Below are positions 14,050-27,916 of a stretch of DNA of 64,000 nucleotides, piece by piece. Origin of the DNA: the human T2T-CHM13v2.0 reference genome, Homo sapiens. The notes under the pieces are model-generated. The model searched no databases and was not told the DNA's origin. It saw only the letters and a program-made list of their open reading frames with translations. A program made the position numbers and the translations under genes. The stretch lies in assembly GCF_009914755.1 (NCBI RefSeq), contig NC_060929.1; one strand, 5' to 3'. Each line of letters begins with the position of its first letter. Positions within the stretch are counted from its first letter, which is position 1.

Positions 14050-17000
14050 TATTGTTTAGTGTTGCTGTAGTCCATTCACTTTTACTGCTGCGTAGTATTT
14101 CATTGTGTAAATATTAAATATTTTATTCATGCATCCCCTTTGATGGATTTGCAGGTTGTATCAAAGTTTTTGCTCTTGGGTACATGTTAATATGAACATT
14201 TTTATACATGTGTCTAGTACACATCTACAATTGTTTTTCTTGCATATATACTTAAGAGTTGGATCAGATGTAGAATATGTTCAACTTACAGGATAAGGTC
14301 AAGTTGTTTTTCAAAGGAGTAATACCAATTATACTCCCACCCTGTAGATTCATATATTCTTACCAAGTTGGTATTGGCACTTTTTTGTATTATTGCCAAT
14401 TAAATGGCTATAAAATGGTATTTCATGATAGTCTTGAGATTGAATCTCATGAGTATTTTGGCCACATCTGTTTTCTCTTTTATGAAAAGCTTATGCAATT
14501 TGCACATTTTTTGTTGGTAAGAATATTCATATATTCTTGATACTGATTGTTGTCCATTTCTTTACTACTAATACCTTCTCCCAATTTGTAACTCACTTTC
14601 TTTTATATGTCTATTGATTAACAAAAGTTTATCATTTTTAAAGCAGATAATTTTATAAAAATATTTTAAAGGTATCATTTCCTACCCCAAGATCAGAAGG
14701 ACAGTCACCTATAAGTTTTTAGCAAGAAGTTTAAAGGTTTTTAAGAAGACAAATTCCAAATCCATCTGGGATTGATTTTTTTATATTAAGTGAGATAGGG
14801 TTATGACACTGATTTTTTCTGTTTGGTAACCATTTTTCCATATCTGTTTATCAAATAACTCTTCCCTCCCTATGATCTGACATGCCACCTCTTTCACTAT
14901 TATGAAAGTGTAAGAGAGTTCTGGATTCTTAATTCCACTGGTTGGTCTGTTTATTCCTGCACTAGTATTACACTAACTTTTAAAGTTTCAGATGAGTCTT
15001 GACATCGGGTAGGATAAGTCTCTCACCCTATTCTTTTTCAGAAATATCCTCACTATTCTTGGTGCCATACTCTTTTATGTAAAACTGATAATTAATTTAC
15101 CAAATTCTATGAAAACCCCTCCTGGGCTTTTCATGGGATTTGCACTTAATCTATAAATGCAACTTGGAGAGATCAAAATCTCTATGTTACTAAATCTTCC
15201 TGTGCGTGGACATAGTATATTTTTATATTTCTTTAGGCCTCTGTTAAAATCATTTCATAAAGTTTTAAATTTTTCCCTTGTATACTTCTTGCATATTTTT
15301 TGTGCTACTGATACGGCTCCAATGACTGGAGGAACATCAGGGTTCTTCGTTTCGCGCCGGTTTGGATAAAACGACACAGACACACGTGGAGTGGTTTTAA
15401 GGAGTGAAAAGTTTAGTAGGCAAGAAAGAAGGAAGGAGGAAGGAAACAGCTCCTCCATGCGAGACAGACGGAGGAGGGATTTGAACAAAGAGAAAACCCC
15501 ATGTGCAGCAGAATAGTGGCTGCTTATAAGAGGAAGCTGGAGGAGTTGGTTTCTGATTTGCATAGGGCTGAGGGGATTGGTTTGACCAGGCATGTCATTC
15601 ACATAGCACAGGGAAAAACTGGCCCTCCCGCCCTAGCCTTTTAATATGCAAATGCAGGGCACCTTGATGTTCTGCACACGTGGGGATATGTGGGGGCTGC
15701 CATGTTGCTAGGCACATGTTGGGGCAAGGAAGAAGACGGCCCGAATTGCCATGTTTGGGTGGACCCAGTTTGTTTCTAATGGCCAGCATTTGCACACTGA
15801 AGTTTGGGTGGGGTGGCGGGGGTGGGGTCGAGGGAGAGGTTCTAAGAGCCAGGGCCTTTCTGCAAGACAGGAAACATTTCTGGAGCTGCTTTAAAAGAAA
15901 CAAAAACTTCCCAAGGACCCCTTTTAACTCCTATAACACTATAGGCACTTAAAAATTTCCTGAAAACAGTTAAAATCATTGTTAGCATATATCCTTCCCT
16001 CTTTTCTTTCTCCATTTTGAAATTTTTAAATTTTAACTCCTTTCTCATTTAAAAATAATTGTACTATATCATCATTGTCAGAGCACATAGATATTACCTG
16101 TTACATCATCTCCCTTTTAAATCTTGCTGCATCTCGTAAGTCCACAAGTATATATGTTTAATGTTCACCATTAGAGCTTATGCAAATATTTCTCTGGTCA
16201 TTTTGATTATCTGAAATTTATTCCCTAGTACCTTCTTCAGAAAATGTTTATGGGAACAACAGTCCCCTGAATTTTTGAATGTCAATGAAAGTTTTACTCT
16301 GGTCGTTGTATTTAATGGTCAGTTTGAATAGATATAAAATTTTTAGCTTATATTTTCTTCCTTGAGTATCGTGAATTTTATTGTTGCATTTTTTTTTCTG
16401 ACATACAGCAAGGCTGATGAAAAGCCTAGTAGTAATGATAATCTATTTTTTTCCCCATTAGAAGTCACTTGGTTTTTTTGCCTAGATGCCCAGAGGATTT
16501 TTTTCTTTTTCTTTAAAACCTTTGTCTTGGTGTTGGCTATTCTAGGTTGATGTGTTCAGTAATATGGTACATTCTTTCAATATGTAGTATCAAATATTTT
16601 TTTAATTCAGGAAGTTTTTTGAATTATAGTTTTTGGTATTTGTTTGGCCGCCTTCCCTTGGTGTTCTTTTCCAGGAATTCCTGCTAACTCTAGATTGAAT
16701 CTTTTTTCTGATCTTTAATATTTGTCGCTTTCTCTTGAATTACTTTTATCCCTTCATTTATTTTATTTTAAACAATTTTTTCTCCCTTTACCTCCTATTT
16801 GCTTAAGAAATTATCTGTTGTGTTTTTTTGCTCTGGTAACTACTTCCAGTTTAACGTCTTCAATTTTGAATTTATTTTTTGTTTTATATCTATTTCTTTC
16901 CTGAGTTCTGTTACCTCATCCATGATGTTTGCTAAATCTGATTTATATTGTTCTCTAATATCTTTTATCACTTTTACAATGTCTTTTAGTCTATTTTGAA

Positions 17001-17560
17001 GTAATTGTCTTATCATCATATTCATTTCTGCTGTATCTGTGGTTGTATCTTCTTTTCCATTCACAATATTATCTATATGTGCCTTTGCTCTTATTATTTG
17101 GTAATCTTGCTAGAAGTTTAACTACTTTGATTTCTTTTTGAAAAGAAACCAATTTTGCTTTGAAAATTAATTCTTTTTATTGTGTTTTGTTGTTGTTGAA
17201 TTTCCACTGTAATTTTTATTACCTGTTTTCTTCTACTTTCTTGGATTTTTTTCTGTTGTTCCTTTTACTTTCATAAGTTGGATATTAGTTCACAAATAAA
17301 ATATTTAAAGCTACACATTTCCATTGAAATGCCAGTTTTATGGCATCCACAACAGTCCAATAAGTTTTAACTTAACATTGCAGTGCTTTCGTTATAACAA
17401 ACTATATATGATACCATTTCTAATCCATGAATTAATTTGTGTTTCAAATTTTCTAAAATGAAATTTTATTTTTTTGTTATTAATTTTTAACAAAAATTCA
17501 CTGTGGTCGTAGAAGGTGTCTATGTGATACGTGTTCATTGAAATTGTTGAGGTTTGTTTT
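14050..17560 (-). mobile_element. Degraded old LINE material (L1M and possibly HAL1-like), split by an LTR
   Basis: T-rich, antisense L1 ORF2-like stretches; minus ORF 16840..17064 is an ORF1-like coiled coil. Confidence 0.55.
15309..15938 (-). mobile_element. ERV1-class solo LTR (subfamily uncertain)
   Basis: TG...CA termini (tgatacgg...ataaca), near-perfect 4-bp TSD ctac/ctat, CCAAT and octamer motifs inside. Confidence 0.75.
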
Positions 17561-17571
17561 ATGGGCTTGTA

Positions 17572-17712
17572 CCTTGCTGAAAGTGTGGTCTATGGACCAG
17601 AAGCATCAGTATCACGTAGGAGCTTTGTAGAAGTGCAGAATCGCAGGCCCCGCCTCAGTCCTACTGAACCTGGCAAATATACTGAACCTGAGTCTGTATT
17701 TTAACAAGGTCA
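17572..17712. mobile_element. MER5A-like hAT DNA transposon
   Basis: aagtgtggtctatggaccagaagcatcagtatcac...gcagaatcgcaggccccgcctcag...tattttaacaag. Confidence 0.75.
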
Positions 17713-17719
17713 TCATGCA

Positions 17720-18650
17720 TGGCAGACAAAGCAAAATTTTTATGCCAGGCAGAAATAACTTATATTATTGCTCTGAACTCAAGATTTTGACTTGTTAATC
17801 TGAGAGCCTAAATTTTTATAAACATTTATCTAGTTCTTTTCTTTTTAGATTTTCAGTCTTTTAATTAGCTATTATATCACCCTAAGCAACTGCTAGCAAG
17901 GCAAACCTAATTTTACATTTCTGAAAGGATGACTCTTAGGTGTACAAGGCTAGGTTGTTGGTTGCCACAGAGCTGTTGTAATTTGAAAGCCCCCTCTTTT
18001 TTTTTTTTTTGTCTTATCTTGGCTGAAATGCCTTAAGAAAAACTTCTGATTGACTTTTGAAATTAGCAACAGTAGAATATCTTAACTCAAGTGAAAAAGT
18101 CAATAGATTCAGAGTAAGCAGAGAAGAAGAAGAAAAGAAAAAAGAGATAAAGAAGTTGGGAGCCTCTATATACCAGCATTTAAAAAAATTCTATAGTTGT
18201 AGTTTCTTAATTTGGTACCGAGAAAAACAAGCCTGGGGACGTTGAATGATTCTTAAGATGACTATTGACTGAAAACTGTGCACAAGGAAGAGCCATGTAG
18301 CCAGGCAGAATACTTGGCATGCCCGAATACTGGGGGAATCCCATTCTATTTGCTCTTAATCTCTCCAGACCAAATGAATCCTATAAATCCTGTCAGGGAA
18401 TGACAGGGATTTAGACCAGTGTTTTAGATGGTGATTAGCCACCTTAGTGGATTTTAATTGGCCATCGCGTGGCCACTATTTACAATATCTTTGTTCTCAG
18501 AAGACATTGAAAAGCAAGCAAGAGAAAAAGAGCCAAATTATTTACAGATGCACATAACCAAATCAAAATGAAACCAAGGTCAGAGTACTTGCAAAAATTT
18601 TAACTCAGATGTGCAGAGCAAACAGAATATTAAATCAGGTGTGCAGACCA
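17720..18650 (-). mobile_element. Probable ERV1 (MER4-group) internal fragment
   Basis: Composition and motifs resemble MER4-group internal sequence; no intact ORF. Confidence 0.35.
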
Positions 18651-18719
18651 AACAGTCTGATTTTGTAGAAATCAGGAAGGAGGCAAGGTGCTCCCAGGAA
18701 GGATGCAAGGTCCTTTCTT

Positions 18720-21700
18720 AAGATGGCTTTGTTTCTAGTTCAAGAGGACTGACTAGACGCAGCTAGTGTGCGCTGCTCTCACAGAGAGGAAACAAAATGG
18801 TCTATAAATACTAGCTCTTTAAGTGGATTGTCTGAGACCTCACATCAGGATTTACAAAGGAGGCAGCAGGCCCCATGGAGAACAGAGATGAGCAAAGCCC
18901 AGGCAGCTCCTACTGGGACTGGTGTGGAGCCAGGGGAGGCTCCCTAATGTGGGGAAAGGGTGAACAAGTGAGAGTTTTGGGGGAATCCACACTTACACCA
19001 TGGACCTTTGTAATCCTGGGCACATGAGAACCCACCTGCCCCTGCCCCAGGCCTCTGGACTAACAGAGAACTGCCTGGAGTCTTTAGAGAGGTACCATTC
19101 AAGACCACATGGAGCTCCACAGGCCTTGGATCCCTGAGCAACCTGGTGCTAGCTGCTGTAGCCCCAATAGCGGCCATTGCCACGGTGCGGAGGAGTGGCC
19201 AGACTGTCCCACTGCTCCTCACTAAGACTCATTGGTTTGGGCTTCTAGTGCAGCAACCGCACCCCTGCCTGAACACTATGGCCAGTGTGGCTCTGCGTTC
19301 CTCCAGGAAGCACCCAGACTGCAGATCACATGATCCCCCACCCCTGCCGCCCTTCTCCGGGCAAGGCTCATGGCTTGGGCTCCAGCACAATAACCACACC
19401 CTCACCTGAACACTGTGGGCAGTCATGGCTCTGAGTTCCTCTGGGGAAAAACTCCCAGAGGTAGTAAGGTGTGGCACCCGTGCGTGCCCCCAAAAGTGAA
19501 GTCCAGCATCAGTTGGATGGGAGGAAGCAGGAGCATGTCATGCACCCCACAGCTGTGTGTCTTCATTGCTTCAGCTGAGAAATCCTGCCCTCCCTGGTGA
19601 AGGGCCCATAGCCTAACCTCCCTGCCACTACCTGAACATTTCAGCTGTGGCCCAGAGCCCTTCTGAAAACCCAGCCCCCACTGGCCTGGGATATTCCCTT
19701 GGGCTCCCACCATCTAAGTGTTCTGCCTGCCCCTGCCTGAGAGTTAGTTTGGCTGGAGACCTGGTGGCCAGCCTGCCCCACCCCATCATAGACAGCACCT
19801 GAACTCCAACCCCAGTCTAGCCCCTTCAGAACTCATACATGTTGTCCTGTGGGTCATCTAGCTCCCTGGGAACTGTGGAAATACCTATCTCACTGCAACC
19901 ACTTCCCCTGAAGCCTGAGATTAGGCTGACTCAACTAGCCAACACCACCGTAACCAACATCCACTCACGTGGGCCCAAAGGTGATGTCCCCCCATACAAG
20001 AAGTAGCAGTACTGCCACATCGGAGAACAGACAAGCCATAAAGCTATCTGTATTGGGTTGAGTCATGAGATTATGCTGTGAAACCACTCCCACAGAGTCA
20101 CAAAACAGACATTTCCCATGGCTTTCAACCACATTGTGGACTGCAGATAGACTACAAGGTACACCTGAACTAGGAGTCACAAGTCCTAGAACAGGGGAGT
20201 GATAGGGAAACAACTCAAGTTCCTGCCTATCTAGGATGGGGAGCTGGTGACGCCACCTTACCCCCTACCCCTACAGAGACCTAAGTGCACTTACAGGAGC
20301 TTCTTCTAGCCACCCTTGCCAGGGCTAGTGCTTGTGCTCACCATTGGGGTATTTGTGGGCAAGCCAGGGGCTCCAGCTCTGCCCACATTTGTCACCCTAC
20401 CTCTGCAGAACAGGAACCCCAGAGTACTGGGCACTCTACTGTCCAGGGCTTCACCTGAAAAAACAGAGCACTTCACAGTAAACACAGACAGGATACTTAC
20501 CTGCCTACTTGTGTAGCAGCTGGCTCTTACCCGCAAGTGTCATCTACTGGCCTATAGGCCAAGCCATGCAGCTCCAAATGAAACCTGCTGACAGAAGTAC
20601 CTAGGGCTATAGGTGCAAAGCCAAAAGACCTTACCCCCTCCAGATGAGAAGGAAAAAGCATAAGAATTCTGGCATCATGAAAATCGAAATGTTGTGACAA
20701 CATCAAAGGATCACTCTAGCTCCTGAACCCAAATGGAAACTCAGAAATGACAGATAAAGAATTTAAGGCATCAATTGTAAGGAGGCTCGAAGAGATCCAA
20801 GACAAAGTTGAAAATCAACATGAAGAAACTTCTAAGTCAGTCCAGGAAATGAAAAAAGAGAAACATCTTGAAAAGAAATCAATTAGAACTACTGGGACTG
20901 AAAAACTCACTTAAGGAATTTCAAAATACAATTTAAAGCTTTATTAATAGACTGGATGAAGCAGAAGAAAGAATTTCAGAGCTTCAAGAATGATTTTTTC
21001 AAACCTAGTCAGACAAAAGTAAAGATAATTTTAAAAAATGAACAAAGTCTTTAAGAAATATGGCATTATGTAAAGCCACTAAACATACAAAGTGTTGGCA
21101 TTCTTGAGAGAGCAGGAGAAAAAGTAATCAATCTGGGAAACAAATTTGAGGGAATAATAGAATAAAACCTCTGTAATCTTGCTAGAGAGGTAGACACCCA
21201 GATACAAGAAATCCAGAGAACACCTGCTGGATTCTACACAAAACGAACATCACTAGGGCATATAGGCACCAGATTGTTTAAGGCCAGCACTAAAGAAAAA
21301 ATCTTAAATGCAACTAGAGAAAAAGGTCAGATCACATACAAAGGGACCCCCATCAGGCTAACAGTGGACTTCTCAGCAGAAACCTTACAAGCCAGAAGAG
21401 ATTGAGGGTCTATTTTCAGCATTCTCAAAGGAAAGACATTCCAACCAAGAATTTCATATCCTGCCAAGTTGAGCTTCATATGTGAAGGTAAAATAAAATA
21501 TTTTTTCAGATAAGCAATTGCTAAGGGAATTTGTTACCATTAGACCAACCTTACAAGAAATCTTTAAGGAAGTTCTAAATGTGGAAACAAAAGAACAATA
21601 CCTGTTACCACAACATCACACTTAAGTACCTAGCCCATAGACCCTATAAAGGAACCGCAGAATAGAAACTACAACCAGCTAACAACTTCACAATAGGATC

Positions 21701-22751
21701 AAAACCTCCTATATCAATATAAATCTGGAATGTAAACAGTCTTAACACCCCCACTTAAAAGGCACAGTGAATTAAATTAATTATTGAATGAAAAAGAAAA
21801 AAAAAGAAAAAACAAGACCAATCTGTCTGCTATCTTCAAGAGACCCATCTTACATGTAATGACATCTATAGGCTCAAAGTAAAGGGTTGGAGAAAGATCT
21901 GTCATAAAAATGGAAAACCAAAAAGAGCAAAAAGATATTCTTATATCAGGTAAAACAGACTTTAAACCAACAACAGTTAAAAAAGACAAAAAAAAGGCAC
22001 TACATAATGATAAAGGGCTCAATTCAATAAGAAGACTTATTGATTCTAAATATATATGTACCCAATACAGAAGCACCCAGGTTCATAAAACAAGTACTTC
22101 TTATTTTATTACCTACAAAGAGACTTAGATAAGCACACAACCACAAAAAAATAGTTGGGGACTTCAACACCACACTGACAGCATTAGATCATCGAGGGAG
22201 AAAACTAACAAAGAAATTCTGGACTTACATTCAACACTGGACAAATTGGGCTTAAAAGACATCTACAGAACACTCCACCCATCAACCACAGAATATACAT
22301 TCTTCTCATCTGCACACAAAATATACTGCAAGATTAACCAGATGCTCGGCCATAAATCAAGTCTCAATAAAAGCAAAAAAAAAATAAAAACTTTTAGGTA
22401 AACAACAAAATGAAGGAAGAAATTAAAAAATTCTTGGAAATAAACAAAAACAGAGACATAACATACCAAAATCTCTGTGATGCAGCAAAAGCAGTGTAAA
22501 GAATAAGTTTATAGTGCTAAATGCCTGCATCAAGAAGTTAGAAAGATCTCAAATTAACAATCTAATATCACACCTAGAGAAACTAGAAAAACAAGAACAA
22601 ACTGACCCCAAAGCTAGAAAAGAAAATAAATAACTAAAATTAGAGCAGAACTGAATGAAATTGAGACCCCAAAACCCATACAAAGGCTCAATGAAACCAA
22701 ACACTGGTTTTTTGAAAGGATAAACAGGATTGATAGACCACTAGCTAGACT
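18720..22751 (+). mobile_element. L1 (L1PB/L1M-type) 5' half: 5'UTR, ORF1, ORF2 endonuclease; 3'-truncated
   Basis: GC-rich L1 5'UTR; ORF1 remnant ~20690-21620; ORF 21910..22128 (KDILISGKTDFKPTTVKKDK) is L1 EN. Confidence 0.88.
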
Positions 22752-25700
22752 GTAGTTTTGATTTGTATTTCTCTGATGATCCATGATGTTGAGCACTTTT
22801 TCATATGCCTGTTTGCAAATTGTATTTCTTCTTTTGAGAAATGTCTATTCAGGTCTTTTGACCATTTTAAAATCAGATTATGAGATTATTTTTCCTATAG
22901 AGTTGTTTGAGCTTCTTATATATTCTGGTTACTTAATCCCTTATCAGATGGGTAGTTTGGAAAAAATGTATTCCCATTCTGTGGTTTGTCTCTTCACTTT
23001 GTTGATTGTTTCCTTTGTTGTGCAGAAGCTTTTTAACTTAATGAGATTCTATTTGTCCATTTTTGCTTTGGTTGCCTGTGGTTGTTGGGTATTACTCAAG
23101 AAATTTTACTTGCATAAATTATTCCAATGTCTCGGAGAGTTTCCCCAATGTTTTCTTGTAGTAGTTTCATAGTTTAAGGTCTTAGATTTAAGTCTTTAAC
23201 ACATTTTGATTTGATTTTTTATGTGGCTAGAAATCGGTGTCTAGTTTCATTTTTCTGCTTATGGATATCCAGTTTTCCCAGCACTATTTATTGAAGAGAC
23301 TGTCCTTTCCCCAGTGTATGTGTTTTGGCACCTTTGTAAAAAATAAGTTTACTGTAGATGTTTGGATTTATTTGGGGTACTCTAGTCTGTTCTACTGGTC
23401 TATGTATCTGTTTCTATGCCATTACCATGCTGTTTTGGTTACTATAGCTCTATAGTATAATTTGAAGTCAGCTAATGTGATTCCTCCAGTTTAGTTCTTT
23501 CTACTTAGGATAGCTTTGGCAATTCTGGGTTTGTGGTTCCATATACATTTTAGGATTGTTTTTTCTATTTTTGTAAGGAATGTCTTTGGTATTTTGATAT
23601 GGATTGCAGTAACTATGTAGATTGCTTTGAGTAGAATGGACATTTTAACAATATTGATTCTTCCCATCTATGAACATGCAATATGTTTCCTTTTTTGAGT
23701 CTTCTTCAATTTCTTTTATCAATGTTTTGTAGTTTTCATTGTAGAGATACTTCACTGCTTTGGTTAAGTTAATTCCTAGGTATTTAATTTTACTTGTTGC
23801 TATTGTAAATGGGATTACTTTCTTGATTTCTTTTTCAAATTTTTTGCTGTTGGCATATAGGAATGCTAATGATATTTGTATATTGATTCTGTATCCTGCA
23901 ACTTTACTGAATTTGTTGATCAGTTCTAATAGTTTCTTGGTGAAGTCTTTAAGTTTTAACAAATATAAGATAATATCATCTGCAGACAAGGAAAATTTGG
24001 CTTCTTCCTTTTTATTTTGGATGCCCTTCCTTTCTTTATCTTGTCTGATTGCTCTAGCAAGGACTTCCAGTACTATGTCGAATAACAGTGGTGAAAGTGG
24101 GCATCTTTGTCCTGTTCCCAATCTTAGAGGATAGGATTTCAGTTTTTCCCCATTCAGTATGATACTAGCTACGGGTCTGTCGTATATGACTTTTATTGTG
24201 TTGACATATGTTCCTTCTATACCCGTTTTTTTTTTAGTGCTTTTATCATGAAAGGGATGTTGAATTTCATCAAATGCTTTTTTAGCATCAATTGAAATGA
24301 TCATATGGGTTTTGTCCTTCATTTTGTTGATATGATGTAACACATTTATTGATTTGCATATGTTGAACCATCCTTGCATCCCTGGGATAGATCCCACTTG
24401 GTCATGATGAATGATCTTTTTGGTGTGTTGTTGAATTTGGTTTGGGAGTATTTTGTTGAGGATTTTTGTATCAATATTCATCAGTGATATTGGCCTGTAG
24501 TTTTCATTTTTTTATCTGTCTCTCTCTGGTTTTGGTATCAGGGTAATACTGGCCTAGTAGAATGACTTTGGACATATTCCCTCCTCCTCTGTTTTTCAGA
24601 GTAGTTTGAGTAGAATTGATATTAGTTCTTTAAATGTTTGGTAGAGTTTAGCAGTGAAGCCACTGGGTCCCAGGCTTTTCTTTGCTGAGAAACTTTTTAT
24701 TACAAGTTCAAATTTGTTACTTGTTTTTGGTCTGTTCAGGTTTTGGATTTCTTCATGGTTCAATATTCTTAGATTTATGTGTCTAGGAATTTTTCTATTT
24801 CTTGTAGATTTTCCAATTTATTGCCATATAATTGCTCATAGTAGCCACTAATGATCCTTTGAATTTCTGCAGTATCAGTTGTAATATCTCCCTTTTTATC
24901 TTTGATTTTATTTATTTGGGTCTTCTCTCTTTTTTTCTTGGTCTGGCTAATGGTTTGTCAATTTTGTTTATCTTTTCAAAGAACCAGTTGGTCTTTTGTA
25001 TTGCTTTCTTCATTTCAATTTCATTTATTTCATCTCCAATCTTTATTATTTATTCTACTAACTTTGGGTTTGGTTTGGTTTGCTCTTGCTTTTCTAGTTC
25101 TGTATTAGGTTGTGTATTTGAAGTTTTTCTTCTGTTTTGATGTGGGCACTTATGGCTATAAACTTCCTTCTTAGTACTGCTTTTGCTGCATCTTATAGGT
25201 TTTGGTGCATTGTGTTTCTCTTATCATTTGTTTCAAGAAATTTTTCAGTTTCCTTCTTAATTTCTTGATTTGGGAGCATATCGTTTAATTTCTATGTAGT
25301 TTATAGTTTCCAAAATTCCTCTTGTTATTGATTTCTGGTTTTATTCCATTATGACCAGAGAAGATGCCTGATATTATTTCAATTTTTAAAACTGTTTAAG
25401 ACTTGTTTTGTGACCTAACATATAATCTATCCTTGAAAGTGATTGATGTGCTGAGGAGAAGAATGTATTCTGCAGCCATTGTACAAAATATTTCTGTAAA
25501 TATCTATTAGGGCCATTTGTTCTATAGTGCAGATTAAATCAGATATTTCTTTGTTGATTTTCTGTCTGGAAGATTGGTCTAATGCTGAAAATGGGGTGTT
25601 TAAGTCTTCAGCTGTTGTTGTATTAGGGTCCATCGTTCTCTGTAGCTCTAATATTTCTCTGTATATCTGGCTGCTCCAGTGTTGATTGTGTATATATTTA

Positions 25701-26345
25701 TAATTGTCATATCCTCTTGCTGGATTGACCCCTTTATAATTACGTAATGACCTACTTTGCATCTCCGTATAGGTTTTGTCTTGAAATCTATTTTGTCTGG
25801 CATAAGTAAAGCTACTCCTGTTTCTTTTTGGTTTCCATTGTCATAGAATATCTTTCCATCCCTTTATCTTCAGTCTATATGTGCCTTTATAGGCTAAGTG
25901 CATTTCTCATAGGCAACAGATCATTGGGTCTTTTGTTTTTAAATCCATTCAGCCACTCTATGTCTTTTGATTGGAAAGTTTAGTCCATTTACACTCAATG
26001 TTATTATTGATAAGTAAGGGCTTACTCTGGCCATTTAAAAATTTGTTTTCTAGTTGTTTTATGGTCTTATCTTTCTTCTTTCCTTTCTTCAAGTCTTTCT
26101 TTTAGTGCAGGTGATTTTTCTCTGGTGGTATGATTTAATTTTCTGCTTTTTCCTTTTTGCATATTCGTTATACATATTTTTTTAAAAATTTGAGGTTGCC
26201 ATGAGGCTTGCAAATACTATCTTATAACTCATTATTTTAAGCTGATAACAACATAATACTGCTTACATAAACAAACAGGCAAAAAACTCTACCCTTTAAC
26301 TTTGTCTCTCTACTTTTTAACTTTTTGTTGTTTCTATTTACATAA
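22752..26345 (-). mobile_element. L1 (L1MA-type) ORF2, antisense
   Basis: Minus ORF 23645..24481 [12 protein letters not shown]...[16 protein letters not shown]...SADDIILY is L1 RT; EN-like ORF 25427..25762. Confidence 0.92.
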
Positions 26346-26349
26346 TATC

Positions 26350-26657
26350 TTTTTTTTTTTTTTTTTTTTTTTTGAGACAGAGTCTCACCTGCTCTGTTGC
26401 CCAGGCTGGAGTGCAGTGGTGCGATTTTAGCTCACTGCAACCTCCACTTCCCAGGTTCAAGCAGTTCTCTGCCTCAGCCTCCCAAGTAGCAGGAATTGCA
26501 GGCACCTGCCACCACGCCTGGCTAAATTTTGTATTTCTAGTAGAGACAGGGTTTCACCATGTTGGCCAGGCTGGTCTCAAATTCCCAACCTTGTGATCCA
26601 CCCACCTCGGCCTCTCAAAGTTGCTAGGATTACAGGTGTGAGCCACTGTGTCCGGCC
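26350..26657 (-). mobile_element. Alu (AluS-like)
   Basis: T24 run then gagacagagtctcac...gagccactgtgtccggcc. Confidence 0.93.
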
Positions 26658-27895
26658 TAAGGCCCAAGGACTCTTTAGTCAGCTTGTGGTGAATGCTGCC
26701 AGGCCTGGGACTCACCTTTTAGGGCAGTGGGCTCCTCTGTGTCCCAGGTCAGATCCAGAAATGCCAGCCAAGAGCCAAGGCCTGGAATCAGAGACCCCAA
26801 GAGCCCACTTGTGCTCTACCCCTGTCTCCAAGTTAGTACCTAAGGTGCAAGACAAAATCCCCTTTACTTTTCTCAAGCAGAGGGTGTCTCTCACTGTAGG
26901 CACTGTAGTGGGTCTCACCTGAAGCCAGCACGTCTCAGAGTCTCACCCAAGGCCCATGGTATACTACTTGGGTATTGCTCCTGGTTATTCAGGGCCCAAG
27001 TACTCTTTAGTCAGCAGGTTATGGGTCCTGCTCGGACTGGGTCCTTCCCTTCAAGGCAACAGGTTCTCTTCTGGCCCAGGGTGTGTCTTTAGAAATGTCA
27101 TCTGAGAGATAGGGCCTGGAATGGGGGCCTCATGACTCTGACTGGTGCCCTGTCCTACTTTGGATAAGCTGGTATCCAAGATGCAAGACAAAGTCATCTT
27201 TACTCTTCCCCCTCTTCTCCTCACGCAGAAGGAAAGGTTTTCTTTTGGAGCCATGAGCTGTGCTGCCTGGGGTTGGAGCAGGGGTGGCACAAACACTCCC
27301 TTAGCCTTCCCAGCTAGTGTCTTAGTAGGTCATCTTTCCCCAAAGTCTGCTTGCTCTAAGCCCGGCTCAGCACCATGATTCACCTAGGAGTTGCAGTCCT
27401 TGTTGCCTAGACTGGCTTTCTAGTTTATTTAGGGCCTTAGAGCACTTCAGCCTACAGTGGTGAGCCTCGACAGAATCACTGGGTTCCGACTGCTGGGATG
27501 GGTGATTCCTCTCTGGCTGGGGCTCATCTGAATGCTCCCTCTGTAGGCGGATATCAGCTGAGTTCAACCTGGTTTTGCTTGCTTTCCCAGTGACTGGGCA
27601 ACACTGAATTCCATGCAGTCTCTCAATCACCGTGCTCTCCCTCTCCTAAGTGCACAGAGGTTCTGTCCATGACACAGGGCTGCTGCCAGGGAATGGGGGA
27701 GGGGTGGCATCAGTGATTTAAGAATATCTTTCTTCCCCTTTTCAGTGACTCTTTCAGTGATATGATGTCAAAGCCAGGTACTGTGAGTGCCTACTTGACT
27801 TTTCAGTCTTATGAAGGTGCTTTTTTTCATATAATTGTTAATCTGGTGATCCTGCAGGTGGGACAATCGATGGAGCCTTCTCTTTAGCCATCTTA
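26658..27895 (-). mobile_element. L1M-type 5'UTR with internal repeat units, antisense
   Basis: Repeated ggcccaag..actctttagtcagc / gcaagacaaa units; ends at gccatctt (the aagatggc L1 start motif read on the minus strand). Confidence 0.7.
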
Positions 27896-27916
27896 GTCTT
27901 GCTTCTGAGATACCAG

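Noticed and set aside
16840-17064. Coiled-coil-like 74-aa minus-strand ORF
   Set aside because: Best explained as a LINE ORF1 remnant within degraded repeat
23645-24481. 278-aa reverse-transcriptase ORF
   Set aside because: Fragment of a decayed L1 ORF2 with a degenerate catalytic motif (SADD) and flanking frameshifts; not a novel RT system
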